A stretch of DNA of 64,000 nucleotides from an uncultured Actinomycetota bacterium (GTDB taxonomy: Bacteria; Actinomycetota; Actinomycetes; Actinomycetales; JBBAYJ01), in NCBI GenBank assembly GCA_963759255.1, contig CAVWYQ010000001.1, positions 696,930 through 760,929 of the forward strand, given 5' to 3'. Both the position numbers and the translations under genes were made by a program. Position 1 is the stretch's first letter, and each line of letters begins with the position of its first letter. The notes beneath the pieces were generated by a model that was not told the origin of the DNA, did not search any database, and saw only the letters and a list, made by a program, of their open reading frames with translations. Shown in pieces: positions 30,523 through 39,774 of the stretch.

Positions 30523-31293
30523 TCACCGGACGGGGCCCGCCCGCACGACGGGCCGTCCGCTCGCGCGCCGCGGAGGAGGGACGGTCCTGGTCTGCGGGGG
30601 GACGAGGAGCACCGGGGACGGAGAGCCGACGACGAGCCGCGCAGCGTCCCGCGGGCCCAGCCCGTCGCGACCACGTCGCTGGCTGTGCGCGGCCACGACC
30701 AGGGAGGGGACCGGCCCGCCGTCCACCGCGCGGGTGACGGCGGACACGGCCCCGACCACGCACAGGCGCGCGGACCGCCGCCGGCACTCCTCGATGGCCG
30801 CCTCGAAGGCCCGACCGGAGGTGGAGGAGCTGAGCAGGAGGACCACCGGACCGTCACAAGGGACCTGCCGCCCCGCCTGGACGACCAGGACCGGCACGGT
30901 CGACGCGCGCAGCAGGCGCACCCCGACCCCACCGAGGCCCTCGTGCAGGTCCGCGACCACCCCAGTCCACCCCAGGACGAGCAGGTCGGCACCCCCGATC
31001 GCCCCCGTGACGGCGTCGTCGGACATCACCACGGTCGCTCCGACGTCGAGCGACGGGTGACGTCCCATGAGCATCCGTCGAGCGCCCCCGATCGAGGCCG
31101 TGACGTCCCGCTCGGGGGCCGGCCCGGGGACCGCGAGGAGCTCGAGCGACGTGGTGCGCCACGGCGCCTCCTGCTCCACCCACCGCATGGCGACCCACGA
31201 CCGGGGCGTGCCGTCGAAGCCCAGCAGGACACGCCCCCTCCGGTCTGCCTCCTCGCTGCTGCCGGCGGCCGGGGTCGGCGCCCCGTCCGTCAC
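30523..31293 (-). CDS. Degenerate USP-like protein
   Basis: VLLGFDGT, DLLVLG, VPVLVV, SPVLLVP; overlaps hsp20 stop. Confidence 0.6.
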   Translation of the reverse strand: MTDGAPTPAAGSSEEADRRGRVLLGFDGTPRSWVAMRWVEQEAPWRTTSLELLAVPGPAPERDVTASIGGARRMLMGRHPSLDVGATVVMSDDAVTGAIGGADLLVLGWTGVVADLHEGLGGVGVRLLRASTVPVLVVQAGRQVPCDGPVVLLLSSSTSGRAFEAAIEECRRRSARLCVVGAVSAVTRAVDGGPVPSLVVAAHSQRRGRDGLGPRDAARLVVGSPSPVLLVPPQTRTVPPPRRASGRPVVRAGPVR

Positions 31294-31907
31294 GAGCGCG
31301 TCACGGGGATGCGGCGGGCGTGGTCGCCGGGGCCGGGTGCGGGCAGGCGGACCTCGAGGATCCCGTCGCGGTAGGAGGCGGACACCACGTCGGCGGTGGC
31401 ACCGCGAGGCAGCGGCAGACGCCGGGTGAAGCTGCCGTAGCGGAACTCGCTGCGGCGCTGCCCGCCCCGGGTGCGGGCGGTGCTGGCCTCCTGACGGTGC
31501 ACGTGGATGGACAGCATGCCGTCGTCGACCGTCACCTCCACGTCCCGCTCCGGGTCCACGCCCGGGCACTCGGCCCGGACGACCACGAAGCCGTCCTCCA
31601 CGAGCTCCTCCACCGCGAACCCGCCGTCGGCCCGGGGGGCCGCGACCTCGCGCAGGGTGTCGGGGAACAGGTCCAGCAGCCGGCCGCCCACCACGGGCCA
31701 GCCCGGCCACGCAGACCGGCTGTCGGGGGTGCGCGCCTCCGGGGTGTCAGGGGTGTCCGGGGTGTCAGGGGTGTCAGGGGTGCGGGCGGCGGGCCGGTCG
31801 GTGGTCTGCGTCGCCGCAGGACGCGGCTCCGGTGGGGCAGCAGGCTTCTCGGACGACCCCTCGGCAGGCGGTGCCGGGGCTGTCGTGCGCTCGGGGACGG
31901 TCGTCAT
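31290..31907 (-). CDS. Hsp20/alpha-crystallin small heat-shock protein
   Basis: VVRAECPGVDP.RDVEVTV.DGMLSI..SEFRYGSFTR.LPLP..ASYRDGILEV. Confidence 0.92.
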   Translation of the reverse strand: MTTVPERTTAPAPPAEGSSEKPAAPPEPRPAATQTTDRPAARTPDTPDTPDTPDTPEARTPDSRSAWPGWPVVGGRLLDLFPDTLREVAAPRADGGFAVEELVEDGFVVVRAECPGVDPERDVEVTVDDGMLSIHVHRQEASTARTRGGQRRSEFRYGSFTRRLPLPRGATADVVSASYRDGILEVRLPAPGPGDHARRIPVTRS

Positions 31908-32029
31908 CGGTGTCTCCTCGTGAGAGCGGGAGCCGTGCTCCCGGGCGGTGACGTCGGCCCGGGACGAGCCGGCGACGCGACCTGCGGAGATCGTGCCCAC
32001 AGGGTGCGCCGTCACGCCCCGGGGCGGGT

Positions 32030-32061
32030 GGGACCTAGGTCCCCGCCGGGACCTTGGACCT
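32030..32061. promoter_or_regulatory. Tandem DosR-box-like sites between hsp20 and flavodoxin
   Basis: Perfect palindrome GGGACCTAGGTCCC (32030-32043) plus GGGACCTTGGACCT (32048-32061). Confidence 0.72.
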
Positions 32062-32127
32062 GGTCCGTACGGCCCTCCGGCACCGCACAGTGGCTGTGCC
32101 GGACGTACGCACGAGGAGGAGGTCGTC

Positions 32128-32199
32128 ATGACCACGACGCTCGACCAGCGACCGACCGGACCGGCGCACCGGTCCCCCGACGACCGCTTCCTGCGCTGA
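32128..32199 (+). CDS. 23-aa ORF coupled to flavodoxin
   Basis: Strong GAGGAGGAGG RBS, MTTTLDQRPTGPAHRSPDDRFLR*, TGATG overlap. Confidence 0.4.
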   Translation: MTTTLDQRPTGPAHRSPDDRFLR

Positions 32200-32753
32200 T
32201 GCCGGGCACGGCTCCCCCAGCAGGCACGGCGCGCACGAGCACGCTCGTGGTCGTCGAGTCGATGTGGGGCAACACGCGCACGGTGGCCGAGGCCGTCGCC
32301 GAGGCGGTGCGGGAGCGCGGCGGCGACGTGACCGTCCTCGACGTCGCCGACGCGCCGTCGACCCTGCCTGCCGACGTCGGCCTGCTGGTCGTCGGCGGGC
32401 CGACCCACGCGTTCTCGATGAGCCGCCCGTCGAGCCGACGGGACGCCGCCGACCGCGGCGCGGACACCTCTCGCTCCGCCCCCGGGATCCGGGAGTGGCT
32501 GGCCGGGCTCGAGTCGCCGGGCGACGTCGACGTGGCCACCTTCGACACGCGGGTGGGCTCGGTCCGCCGGCTGCCCGGGTCGGCAGCGAGGGCGGCCGCC
32601 CGGGCGGTCCGACGCCACCACCTCGGCCACCCGGTCGGCACGGAGAGCTTCTACGTCGCCGACATGACCGGCCCGCTCCTGGACGGCGAGCTCGAGAGGG
32701 GCCGCAGCTGGGGCAGGTCGTTGACGGGACGACGGGACGCCCGGCCGACCTGA
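32199..32753 (+). CDS. Flavodoxin-family protein
   Basis: ESMWGNTRTVAEAVA, VVGGPTHAF, ATFDTR, GPL.DGELER. Confidence 0.9.
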   Translation: MPGTAPPAGTARTSTLVVVESMWGNTRTVAEAVAEAVRERGGDVTVLDVADAPSTLPADVGLLVVGGPTHAFSMSRPSSRRDAADRGADTSRSAPGIREWLAGLESPGDVDVATFDTRVGSVRRLPGSAARAAARAVRRHHLGHPVGTESFYVADMTGPLLDGELERGRSWGRSLTGRRDARPT

Positions 32754-32800
32754 GGGCGGGAGCCACGGCCCTGCTCGACCGCCTGGGCCCGGACCGTGCG

Positions 32801-35437
32801 TCAGCCCAGGCCCTGCCCACGTGCCGGCCTGCTCCCGGCACCTCGGCCGTCCACGCGCACGATCCGCTTGTGCACCCCGTCGACGACCGCGACAGCCGCA
32901 CCGGTCGCCACGGCCCCGACCCAGCCCGCCACGCCGGGCAGCGTGCCGCCCAGCACGTGCGACACCCCGGGGACGGCCACCGCGAGCACGCACACGGCGG
33001 CCTGCACCAGCAGGGCCCGCAGCAGCAGCGGGTTGCCCCGGAGCCCGGTGACCCACACCGGTCGGGTCGTGCTGCGGCAGGCCAGGGCGTTGACCAGCTG
33101 GCCCACGGCGACGGCCGTGAACGCCGACCCCGACGCCGTGGCCAGCAGCGCTGCGGGAGGGACCTCGCCCCAGGCCCAGCCGCCGAGGAGCAGGACGGCG
33201 GCGAACGTGGCCAGGGAGCCGACCGCCTCCGTCGGACCGAGGACCCCCAGGGCTCGCGCGAGCACGCGGCGGTCGACGAGCGTGCGCCAGCGTGCCGGCC
33301 CCTGCATGGCCCGGCGACCTGCGGGCTCGGCGCCCAGCGCCAGCGCGGGCAGCATGTCGGTGCCGAGGTCGAGGGCCAGGACCTGCAGCACCCCCAGCGC
33401 GAGCGGGAACTGGCCGCCGGTGAGCGCCCACACCACGAAGGGGGCGACCTCGGCCACGTTGTCGGTGAGGTGGTAGGTGAGGAACCGGCGGATGTTGGCG
33501 GTCGTGGCCCGTCCCAGCTCCACCGCGGCGACGATCGAGGGGAACGCGTCGTCGAGCAGGACGACGTCTGCGGCCTGCCTGGCGGCGTCGCTGCCGGAGG
33601 CGCCCATGGCGACCCCCACGTCGGCCGCCCGCAGCGCCGGTGCGTCGTTGACGCCGTCGCCGGTCATCACCACGACCTCCCCGCGGGCCATGAGCGCCTC
33701 GGCGATCCGCAGCTTGTCCTCGGGGCTGACCCGGGACACCACGGCCCCGTCGTCCCCGAGGAGCCGTGCGGCGAGCTCCCCGTCGTCGGCGGGAAGCTCG
33801 GCCCCGCCGAGCACGCAGCCCTCGGGACCGAGCAGCCCGACCTCCCGTGCGACAGCGGCGGCGGTGCTCGGATGGTCCCCGGTCAGCATGACGAGCCGGA
33901 TGCCCGCACCGCGGCAGCGGTCGATCGCCTCGGCGACGTCGTGGCGGGGCGGGTCCTCCAGGGCGAGCAGGCCCAGCAGCCGGGTCCCGTGCTCCAGGAC
34001 GTCCGGTGACGCGGTGGCCCAGTCCGGCGGGGCCGGTCGTGCCGCGACCGCCAGGACGCGCAGACCCGCGGTGGCCAGCTCCTGCAGCGCCGACATGGCC
34101 CCCGCGCTCCCGGCCGGGTCGAGGCTCTCCGGCACGACGGCCTCCGGCGCCCCGAGGACCACGACCTCGGGTCCGTCGCCGCCCGCCCCGGACCGCACGA
34201 CCGAGGACCGACGGCGCCCGGCGGTGTAGGCCATCCGGCGCAGGACCGTCGGGTCGTCCCCCTCCGGCCGGCTCACGCCCGCCCGGCGCGCGATGACGTC
34301 GAGGGCCACCTCCATCGGGTCTCCGACGGGCACCCAGCGACCGTCCGGGGCCCGCTCGACCCGCCCGCGCACGCACACGGCCGCGGCCTCGGCCAGCCGC
34401 CGAACCCCCGGTGCCGGGTCGGCCAGGACCAGGCCGGCGTCGTAGCCCTCGCCTCGGACGTGCACGGTGCCGCGGCCCGGGACCCACGCGGCGACCACGG
34501 ACATCTGGTTCCTGGTGATGGTCCCCGTCTTGTCGGTGCAGATCACCGTGGTCGCGCCGAGCGACTCGACCGCGTCCAGCCGGCGGACCAGCGCGTGCCG
34601 GGTGGACATGGTCTGCGCGCCGAGGGCCAGGGCCAGCGCCACCGTGGGCATGAGCCCCTCCGGCACCAGCGCGACGGTGACCCCGATGGCGAGCAGGAAC
34701 GCCGCTGCGGCCGGGACCCCGAGCAGGAGGGACACCACGAACAGCACCGCGCCGGCCCCGACCGCCAGCACCGACACCACCGACACGACCCGCTGGAGCT
34801 GCCGCTGGAGCGGGCTGGGCCGTCGGGAGGTCCTGGTCGCGAGGTCGGCGATCGACGCCAGGCGGGTCCGGGCGCCGGTCGCCTCCACGCGGGCGTCGGC
34901 CTCCCCCTCCACGACCACCGTCCCGGCGAGCAGCCGGCCCCCCTCGACCGGCCTGACGGGCACGCTCTCCCCCGTCACGAGCGACTCGTCGACCGCCAGC
35001 TCGTCACCGCTGACCACCCGGGCATCCGCCGGCACCCGGTCGCCGGCCTGGAGCCGGAGCGCGTCCCCCCGCACCACCTCGGCGGCCGGGACGCTGATGG
35101 TGCCACCGTCCCGCCGGACCCGGGCGCTCGTCGGCACCAGCCTCAGCAGCTGCGCTGCCGCCCGGTCGGCGCGGTACTCCTGGGCCACCGCGAAGGCGCC
35201 GTTGACGAGGACGACGACGACGATCGCCACCGTCAGCTGGGGCATCCGGGCCACCAGGGACAGCAGCGCGGCCGCCCACAGCATGAGGGCGAAGGTGTGG
35301 GTGACCTGACGGACCGCCTGACGTGCCAGCGACGGGCCGTGGTGGACCGGGAGCACGTTCGGGCCGTCCTGCTCCAGGCGACGCGAGGCCTCCGCCGAGG
35401 ACAGCCCGAGGTCCACCGGGGACACGGTCAGAGCCAC
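32801..35437 (-). CDS. Cation-transporting P-type ATPase (P2-type, CtpF-like)
   Basis: TGES, VPEGL, DKTGT, TGDH, TGDGVND. Confidence 0.94.
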   Translation of the reverse strand: MALTVSPVDLGLSSAEASRRLEQDGPNVLPVHHGPSLARQAVRQVTHTFALMLWAAALLSLVARMPQLTVAIVVVVLVNGAFAVAQEYRADRAAAQLLRLVPTSARVRRDGGTISVPAAEVVRGDALRLQAGDRVPADARVVSGDELAVDESLVTGESVPVRPVEGGRLLAGTVVVEGEADARVEATGARTRLASIADLATRTSRRPSPLQRQLQRVVSVVSVLAVGAGAVLFVVSLLLGVPAAAAFLLAIGVTVALVPEGLMPTVALALALGAQTMSTRHALVRRLDAVESLGATTVICTDKTGTITRNQMSVVAAWVPGRGTVHVRGEGYDAGLVLADPAPGVRRLAEAAAVCVRGRVERAPDGRWVPVGDPMEVALDVIARRAGVSRPEGDDPTVLRRMAYTAGRRRSSVVRSGAGGDGPEVVVLGAPEAVVPESLDPAGSAGAMSALQELATAGLRVLAVAARPAPPDWATASPDVLEHGTRLLGLLALEDPPRHDVAEAIDRCRGAGIRLVMLTGDHPSTAAAVAREVGLLGPEGCVLGGAELPADDGELAARLLGDDGAVVSRVSPEDKLRIAEALMARGEVVVMTGDGVNDAPALRAADVGVAMGASGSDAARQAADVVLLDDAFPSIVAAVELGRATTANIRRFLTYHLTDNVAEVAPFVVWALTGGQFPLALGVLQVLALDLGTDMLPALALGAEPAGRRAMQGPARWRTLVDRRVLARALGVLGPTEAVGSLATFAAVLLLGGWAWGEVPPAALLATASGSAFTAVAVGQLVNALACRSTTRPVWVTGLRGNPLLLRALLVQAAVCVLAVAVPGVSHVLGGTLPGVAGWVGAVATGAAVAVVDGVHKRIVRVDGRGAGSRPARGQGLG

Positions 35438-35506
35438 GTCGCCCGCCCGGACGGGACGTGGGCGGCGACGGTCAGGAACCCGGTCACGCTCCCACGCTCC
35501 CGGGCA

Positions 35507-36901
35507 CTACCGGTCCACCACGACGCGGAGGCCGGCGGCCTGGGCGGCGTCGAAGTCGTCGTCCACGAGGACGACGTGGCGCCCGGCCCGGTCGAGCAGC
35601 GCGGCCGCGATGGACGCACGGTAGCCGGACGCGCAGTGGACCCAGACCTGCTCGCCGGCCGGGACGTGGTCGAGCCGGGCCGGCAGGAGGTGCAGCGGGA
35701 CGTGCTGGGACCCCTCGACGTGGCCGGAGCGGCGCTCGTCGTCGCGGCGGACGTCGAGGACGCGGGGCGCGGACCCGGCGGCTTGACGCGCAGCCAGGGC
35801 GGCGAAGTCCTCCCGCGGGTAGCCGGCCAGGGGCTCGCCGCCCGCCCACTCCTGCGCGGTGCCGGTCGCGGCCGCGGCGGGGCGGTCGATGCCGATCCGG
35901 GCGAGGTCGCGCTGGGCGGCCTCCAGCGAGGCCATGTCGGCGGCGAGCAGGGTGACCGGGGTGCCCCAGGGGAGCAGCCAGCCCAGGTAGGTGATGAACG
36001 ACCCGTCCTGGCCGAAGCTCAGGGTGCCGCGGACGTGGCCGCCGGCGAAGGCGGTCCGGTCGCGCAGGTCGACGACCCACTCCCCCGCCTCGACGCGGCG
36101 GCGCAGCCCGGCCGCGTCCGCCGGGGCCGGCGGTGACAGGTCCGCAGGGCCGGGACCCGCGGCGTTGGCCGGGCCCATGTGCACGTAGTACGACGGGTAG
36201 GCGGTGAGCGCGGCGAGCGTCGCCTCGACCCACTCCTCGACGCCCTGGGTGAGCGCGGGGTTGTCGGTGCGCTGGGAGCCGATCGTGGAGGAGCCGCCCG
36301 AGGTGGGGGTGGCGGCGCAGAAGCTGCCGAAGCCGTGGGTGGGGTAGATCTGCGTGCTGTCGGGGAGCTCGTCGACGAGCCGTCGCGCGGAGGCGTGCTG
36401 GTGCCGGGCCAGCCGTTCGGCGTGCTCCGGGCCGAGCAGGTCCGGGCGACCGGTCGAGCCGTGCAGCAGGGACCCGCCGGTGAGCACGACGGTGTCCTCG
36501 CCGGCGCCCGCGCCGGCCCCGCGGTCGTGGCCGGCGGGCCGCACGACGTAGGACAGGTGGGTGAAGGTGTGCCCGGGGGTGGCGAGGACGCTGACCGCGA
36601 GCGAGCCCGTGGTGATCACGTCGCCCTCGCGCACCGGGGTCCGCTCGAAGGAGACGTCGTCGAGCGCGTTCACGCAGTACGCGGCGCCCACCTGCCGGGC
36701 GAGGGCGTACCCGCCCGTGACGTAGTCGTTGTGGACGTGGGTCTCCAGCACGTGCGTGATGCGCAGGCCCCGCTCGTCGGCGAGGGCGGTGACGCGGTCG
36801 GTGTCGCGCTGGGGGTCGACGACCACCGCGACCTCGCCGTCGGTGACGAGGTAGCTGCGGTCCCCCAGGGACGGGGTCTCGATGGTGAGGACGTCGATCA
36901 C
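35507..36901 (-). CDS. MBL-fold hydrolase fused to rhodanese domains (persulfide dioxygenase/CstB-like)
   Basis: ETHVHNDY, TPGHT, PTHGFGSFC, HCASGYR. Confidence 0.88.
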   Translation of the reverse strand: MIDVLTIETPSLGDRSYLVTDGEVAVVVDPQRDTDRVTALADERGLRITHVLETHVHNDYVTGGYALARQVGAAYCVNALDDVSFERTPVREGDVITTGSLAVSVLATPGHTFTHLSYVVRPAGHDRGAGAGAGEDTVVLTGGSLLHGSTGRPDLLGPEHAERLARHQHASARRLVDELPDSTQIYPTHGFGSFCAATPTSGGSSTIGSQRTDNPALTQGVEEWVEATLAALTAYPSYYVHMGPANAAGPGPADLSPPAPADAAGLRRRVEAGEWVVDLRDRTAFAGGHVRGTLSFGQDGSFITYLGWLLPWGTPVTLLAADMASLEAAQRDLARIGIDRPAAAATGTAQEWAGGEPLAGYPREDFAALAARQAAGSAPRVLDVRRDDERRSGHVEGSQHVPLHLLPARLDHVPAGEQVWVHCASGYRASIAAALLDRAGRHVVLVDDDFDAAQAAGLRVVVDR

Positions 36902-36981
36902 GGCTGCTCCTTCTCCTCGTTCGTACCGGGTGAGCGGGGCCGGTGAGGCCGCCGCGGGAACGGCCCACCCTCCCCGGCCGT

Positions 36982-39264
36982 CTACCGGGCGAGGCTGAAC
37001 ACCTCCTCCTCCTCCTGGGCGGCGTGGAGGCGCAGGACCGAGTAGAGCCCGTACAGGACGCGTCGCAGCTCGACGACGTCCTCGGTGGCGTGCCGGGACT
37101 GCTCCGGCCCCCCCAGCAGACGCCTGAGCACCGCGACCTGCTGCTCGATCTCGGCGTGGGTCCGGCTGAGCCCGACGGTGGCCTCGGGCGTGCCGGCGGC
37201 CCGGGCCAGCACCGGGAGCAGCTCGTCCTCCTCGGCCTGCTCGTGCGGCACCAGGACCCGGTCGAGCTCGGCCAGCAGGCGCCGGGCGGGGGTCAGGTCC
37301 TGGGTGCTGTCCAGCAGGGCGTCGGCGGTCGTCCGCAGCTGCTCGACCAGCCCGGCCACCGCGTCGTGCTCACGGCGCAGCCTGGCCAGGGTGTCGAGGT
37401 CCGCTGCGTCCAGGCGGGCGGGACCGCCCGCCGGCAGCAGCGCCCGCAGCGCCACGGCGAGGGCCAGGACGTCGATACCTTCCTGGGCCAGCGCCCCGGC
37501 CGCAGGGGCGAGCAGCCCACCGGCCGCAGCGGCCATCGCCACGAACGACAGCCCCATGCCGAGCCAGGCCGCCTGGAGGGCGATGGTGTGCGAGCGCCGG
37601 GCGACGAGGACGGCGTCGGCCAGCGCGTCGACCCGGTCGACGGTGAGGACGACGTCCGCGGCCTCCGAGGAGGCGGTCGCCCCCCGGGCGGCCAGGGCGA
37701 CCCCGACCTGGGCCGCTGCCAGGGCGGGCGCGTCGTTGACCCCGTCGCCGACCATCACCGTCACGCCCCGGGCGGCCTCGGCCCTCACCGCGGCCACCTT
37801 GGCCTGCGGGTCGTGCCCCGCCAGCACCTCGTCCGCGCCCACCAGCCGCCCCACCCGGCGCGCCTGGCCGGAGCGGTCCCCGCTGAGCAGGACGACCCGC
37901 TCGAAGCCCGCCGCCCGCAGCGTCCGGACGGTGCGCGGGGCGTCACCGCGCAGCGGGTCCTCGAGCAGCAGGACCGCGGCCGGCCGGCCGTCCACCGCCA
38001 CGAACACCGTGAGCGAGGAGTCGAGGTCCGCCCGCCGACGGGCCCGCACCACCCAGTCCTGGCCGGCTCCGTCCGCGCCGGCCCAGGTCGCCGAGCCCAC
38101 CCGCACCAGGTGCCCTTCCACCTCGCCCTCCAGGCCGTAGCCGTGCTCCTCCCGGACCCCGGCCGGGATGCTGAGGGACAGCCCGCGGTCGGCTGCCGCC
38201 CGGACGACGGCGCCGGCCATGACGTGCGCGGAGGCCTGGTCCAGCGAGGCTGCCAGCCGGAGCACCTCGTCGGCGCCCGGCCCCCCGTCGGGGGCCACCA
38301 CGCTGCTCACCGACGGCCGGCCCCGGGTCAGGGTCCCGGTCTTGTCGAGCACGAGCACCCGGCCCGCCGCGAGCGCCTCGAGCGCCGCACCGTCCTTGAC
38401 CACCACACCGGTCCGCGCCGCACGGGAGAGCCCCGACATGATGGCGACCGGCGCGGCGAGCAGGAGGGGGCAGGGCGTGGCGACCACCAGGACGGCCACG
38501 GCGCGGACCGGGTCCCCCGCCCAGGCCCAGGCGAGCCCCGCCACGAGGACGGCGAGCGGCACGAACCCCACGGCGTAGCGGTCGGCGGCGCGCACCAGCG
38601 GCGCGCTGTCGGCCTCGGCCTGCTCGACCAGCCGGACGACCCCGGCGTACGTGGACTCCGCGGCCGCCCGGGTGACGAGGACCTCGACCGGGGCCCCGGC
38701 GACCACCACACCGCTGCGGACGTCCCCGCCGGTCCCCCGTTCCACCGGCAGCGGCTCACCCGTGAGGACCGACTCGTCCAGCAGGCCCGGCCCGCAGAGG
38801 CGACCGTCGACGCCCAGCACCTCACCGGTGCGGACCAGCACCCGGTCACCGGGGCGCACCTGCTCCAGCGGGACCTCGACCACGCCGCCGTCGAGCAGCA
38901 GGGCGGCGGTCCGGGGCACGCGTGAGGCGAGCAGGCCCAGGTCGTGACGCGCCCGCGCCGCGGCCCGGGCCTCGAGCAGCTGTCCGCTGGACAGCATGAG
39001 GGCGACCACGGCACCGGCCAGCCACTCCCCCACGGCCATCGAGCCGAGCAGGGCGAGCACGGCGACGACGTCGACCGAGGGTCTGCGGCGGGCCAGGGCC
39101 CGGACCGTCGTGCTCGCCGCCACCACCAGCCCGGCCACCGTCGCGACCGCCCACGGCAGGGCAGCCAGCCCCGAGCCCGCCAGGCGCAGCCCGCCCCCGA
39201 CGGCCAGCAGCACGCCCAGCCCCACGAAGACCGCGACAGCACGACGACCGCTGGCCTGGTCCAT
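36982..39264 (-). CDS. P1B-5 heavy-metal ATPase with C-terminal hemerythrin domain
   Basis: ATPCPLLLA (PCP), DKTGT, GDGVND, QEGID; C-terminal H..HEQAEE..H..HAAQEEE. Confidence 0.9.
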   Translation of the reverse strand: MDQASGRRAVAVFVGLGVLLAVGGGLRLAGSGLAALPWAVATVAGLVVAASTTVRALARRRPSVDVVAVLALLGSMAVGEWLAGAVVALMLSSGQLLEARAAARARHDLGLLASRVPRTAALLLDGGVVEVPLEQVRPGDRVLVRTGEVLGVDGRLCGPGLLDESVLTGEPLPVERGTGGDVRSGVVVAGAPVEVLVTRAAAESTYAGVVRLVEQAEADSAPLVRAADRYAVGFVPLAVLVAGLAWAWAGDPVRAVAVLVVATPCPLLLAAPVAIMSGLSRAARTGVVVKDGAALEALAAGRVLVLDKTGTLTRGRPSVSSVVAPDGGPGADEVLRLAASLDQASAHVMAGAVVRAAADRGLSLSIPAGVREEHGYGLEGEVEGHLVRVGSATWAGADGAGQDWVVRARRRADLDSSLTVFVAVDGRPAAVLLLEDPLRGDAPRTVRTLRAAGFERVVLLSGDRSGQARRVGRLVGADEVLAGHDPQAKVAAVRAEAARGVTVMVGDGVNDAPALAAAQVGVALAARGATASSEAADVVLTVDRVDALADAVLVARRSHTIALQAAWLGMGLSFVAMAAAAGGLLAPAAGALAQEGIDVLALAVALRALLPAGGPARLDAADLDTLARLRREHDAVAGLVEQLRTTADALLDSTQDLTPARRLLAELDRVLVPHEQAEEDELLPVLARAAGTPEATVGLSRTHAEIEQQVAVLRRLLGGPEQSRHATEDVVELRRVLYGLYSVLRLHAAQEEEEVFSLAR

Positions 39265-39339
39265 GACCCGACGGTAGAGCGGTCCCCGTCGACCAGCCCG
39301 GGACCTACCTCCTGGCCGCAGCGGCCCGGCCCCTGGCAG

Positions 39340-39630
39340 CTACGTCCGAGCCGCCCGGCGCTCCGCCCGGCGCCGGCGCCGTCGCAGCACCCCCAGACCG
39401 ATCCACACCAACGACCCCAGGACCGCCGAGACCATGACCAGGAACCACAGCGGCCACGTGAAGTCCCAGAACAGGAACGTCAACGTGACGTCGTCCCGGT
39501 TCTGGGCCATGAAGACGGCCAGACCGACCACCCCTGCGACCATGGCCAGGGTCCCGCCGCTCACGGTCGCCCCGTCCGCTGCGGCCGAGCCCCGGGGCGG
39601 CTGGGGTGCCACCGTGCCGGATGCGTCCAT
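39340..39630 (-). CDS. LapA/DUF1049-like small membrane protein
   Basis: VFMAQNRDDVTLTFLFW..PLW; GAGGAGG RBS. Confidence 0.8.
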   Translation of the reverse strand: MDASGTVAPQPPRGSAAADGATVSGGTLAMVAGVVGLAVFMAQNRDDVTLTFLFWDFTWPLWFLVMVSAVLGSLVWIGLGVLRRRRRRAERRAART

Positions 39631-39774
39631 GTCGTCCTCCTCAGGTGGTGCGGATGTCTCGTGGCCGTCTCGTGGCAACCTCGGAGCAGCACTGTCCGCG
39701 TGCTTCGCTCCGCGCGCCTCACCCCTGGCAGATGAACGGGTCCTGACGACGGCCTCGGCGCGTCCGCGTTCCGG

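Noticed and set aside
36917-36933. Sixth copy of the 17-bp palindrome
   Set aside because: Only the right half-site matches (TCGTTC-N5-GGGTGA)
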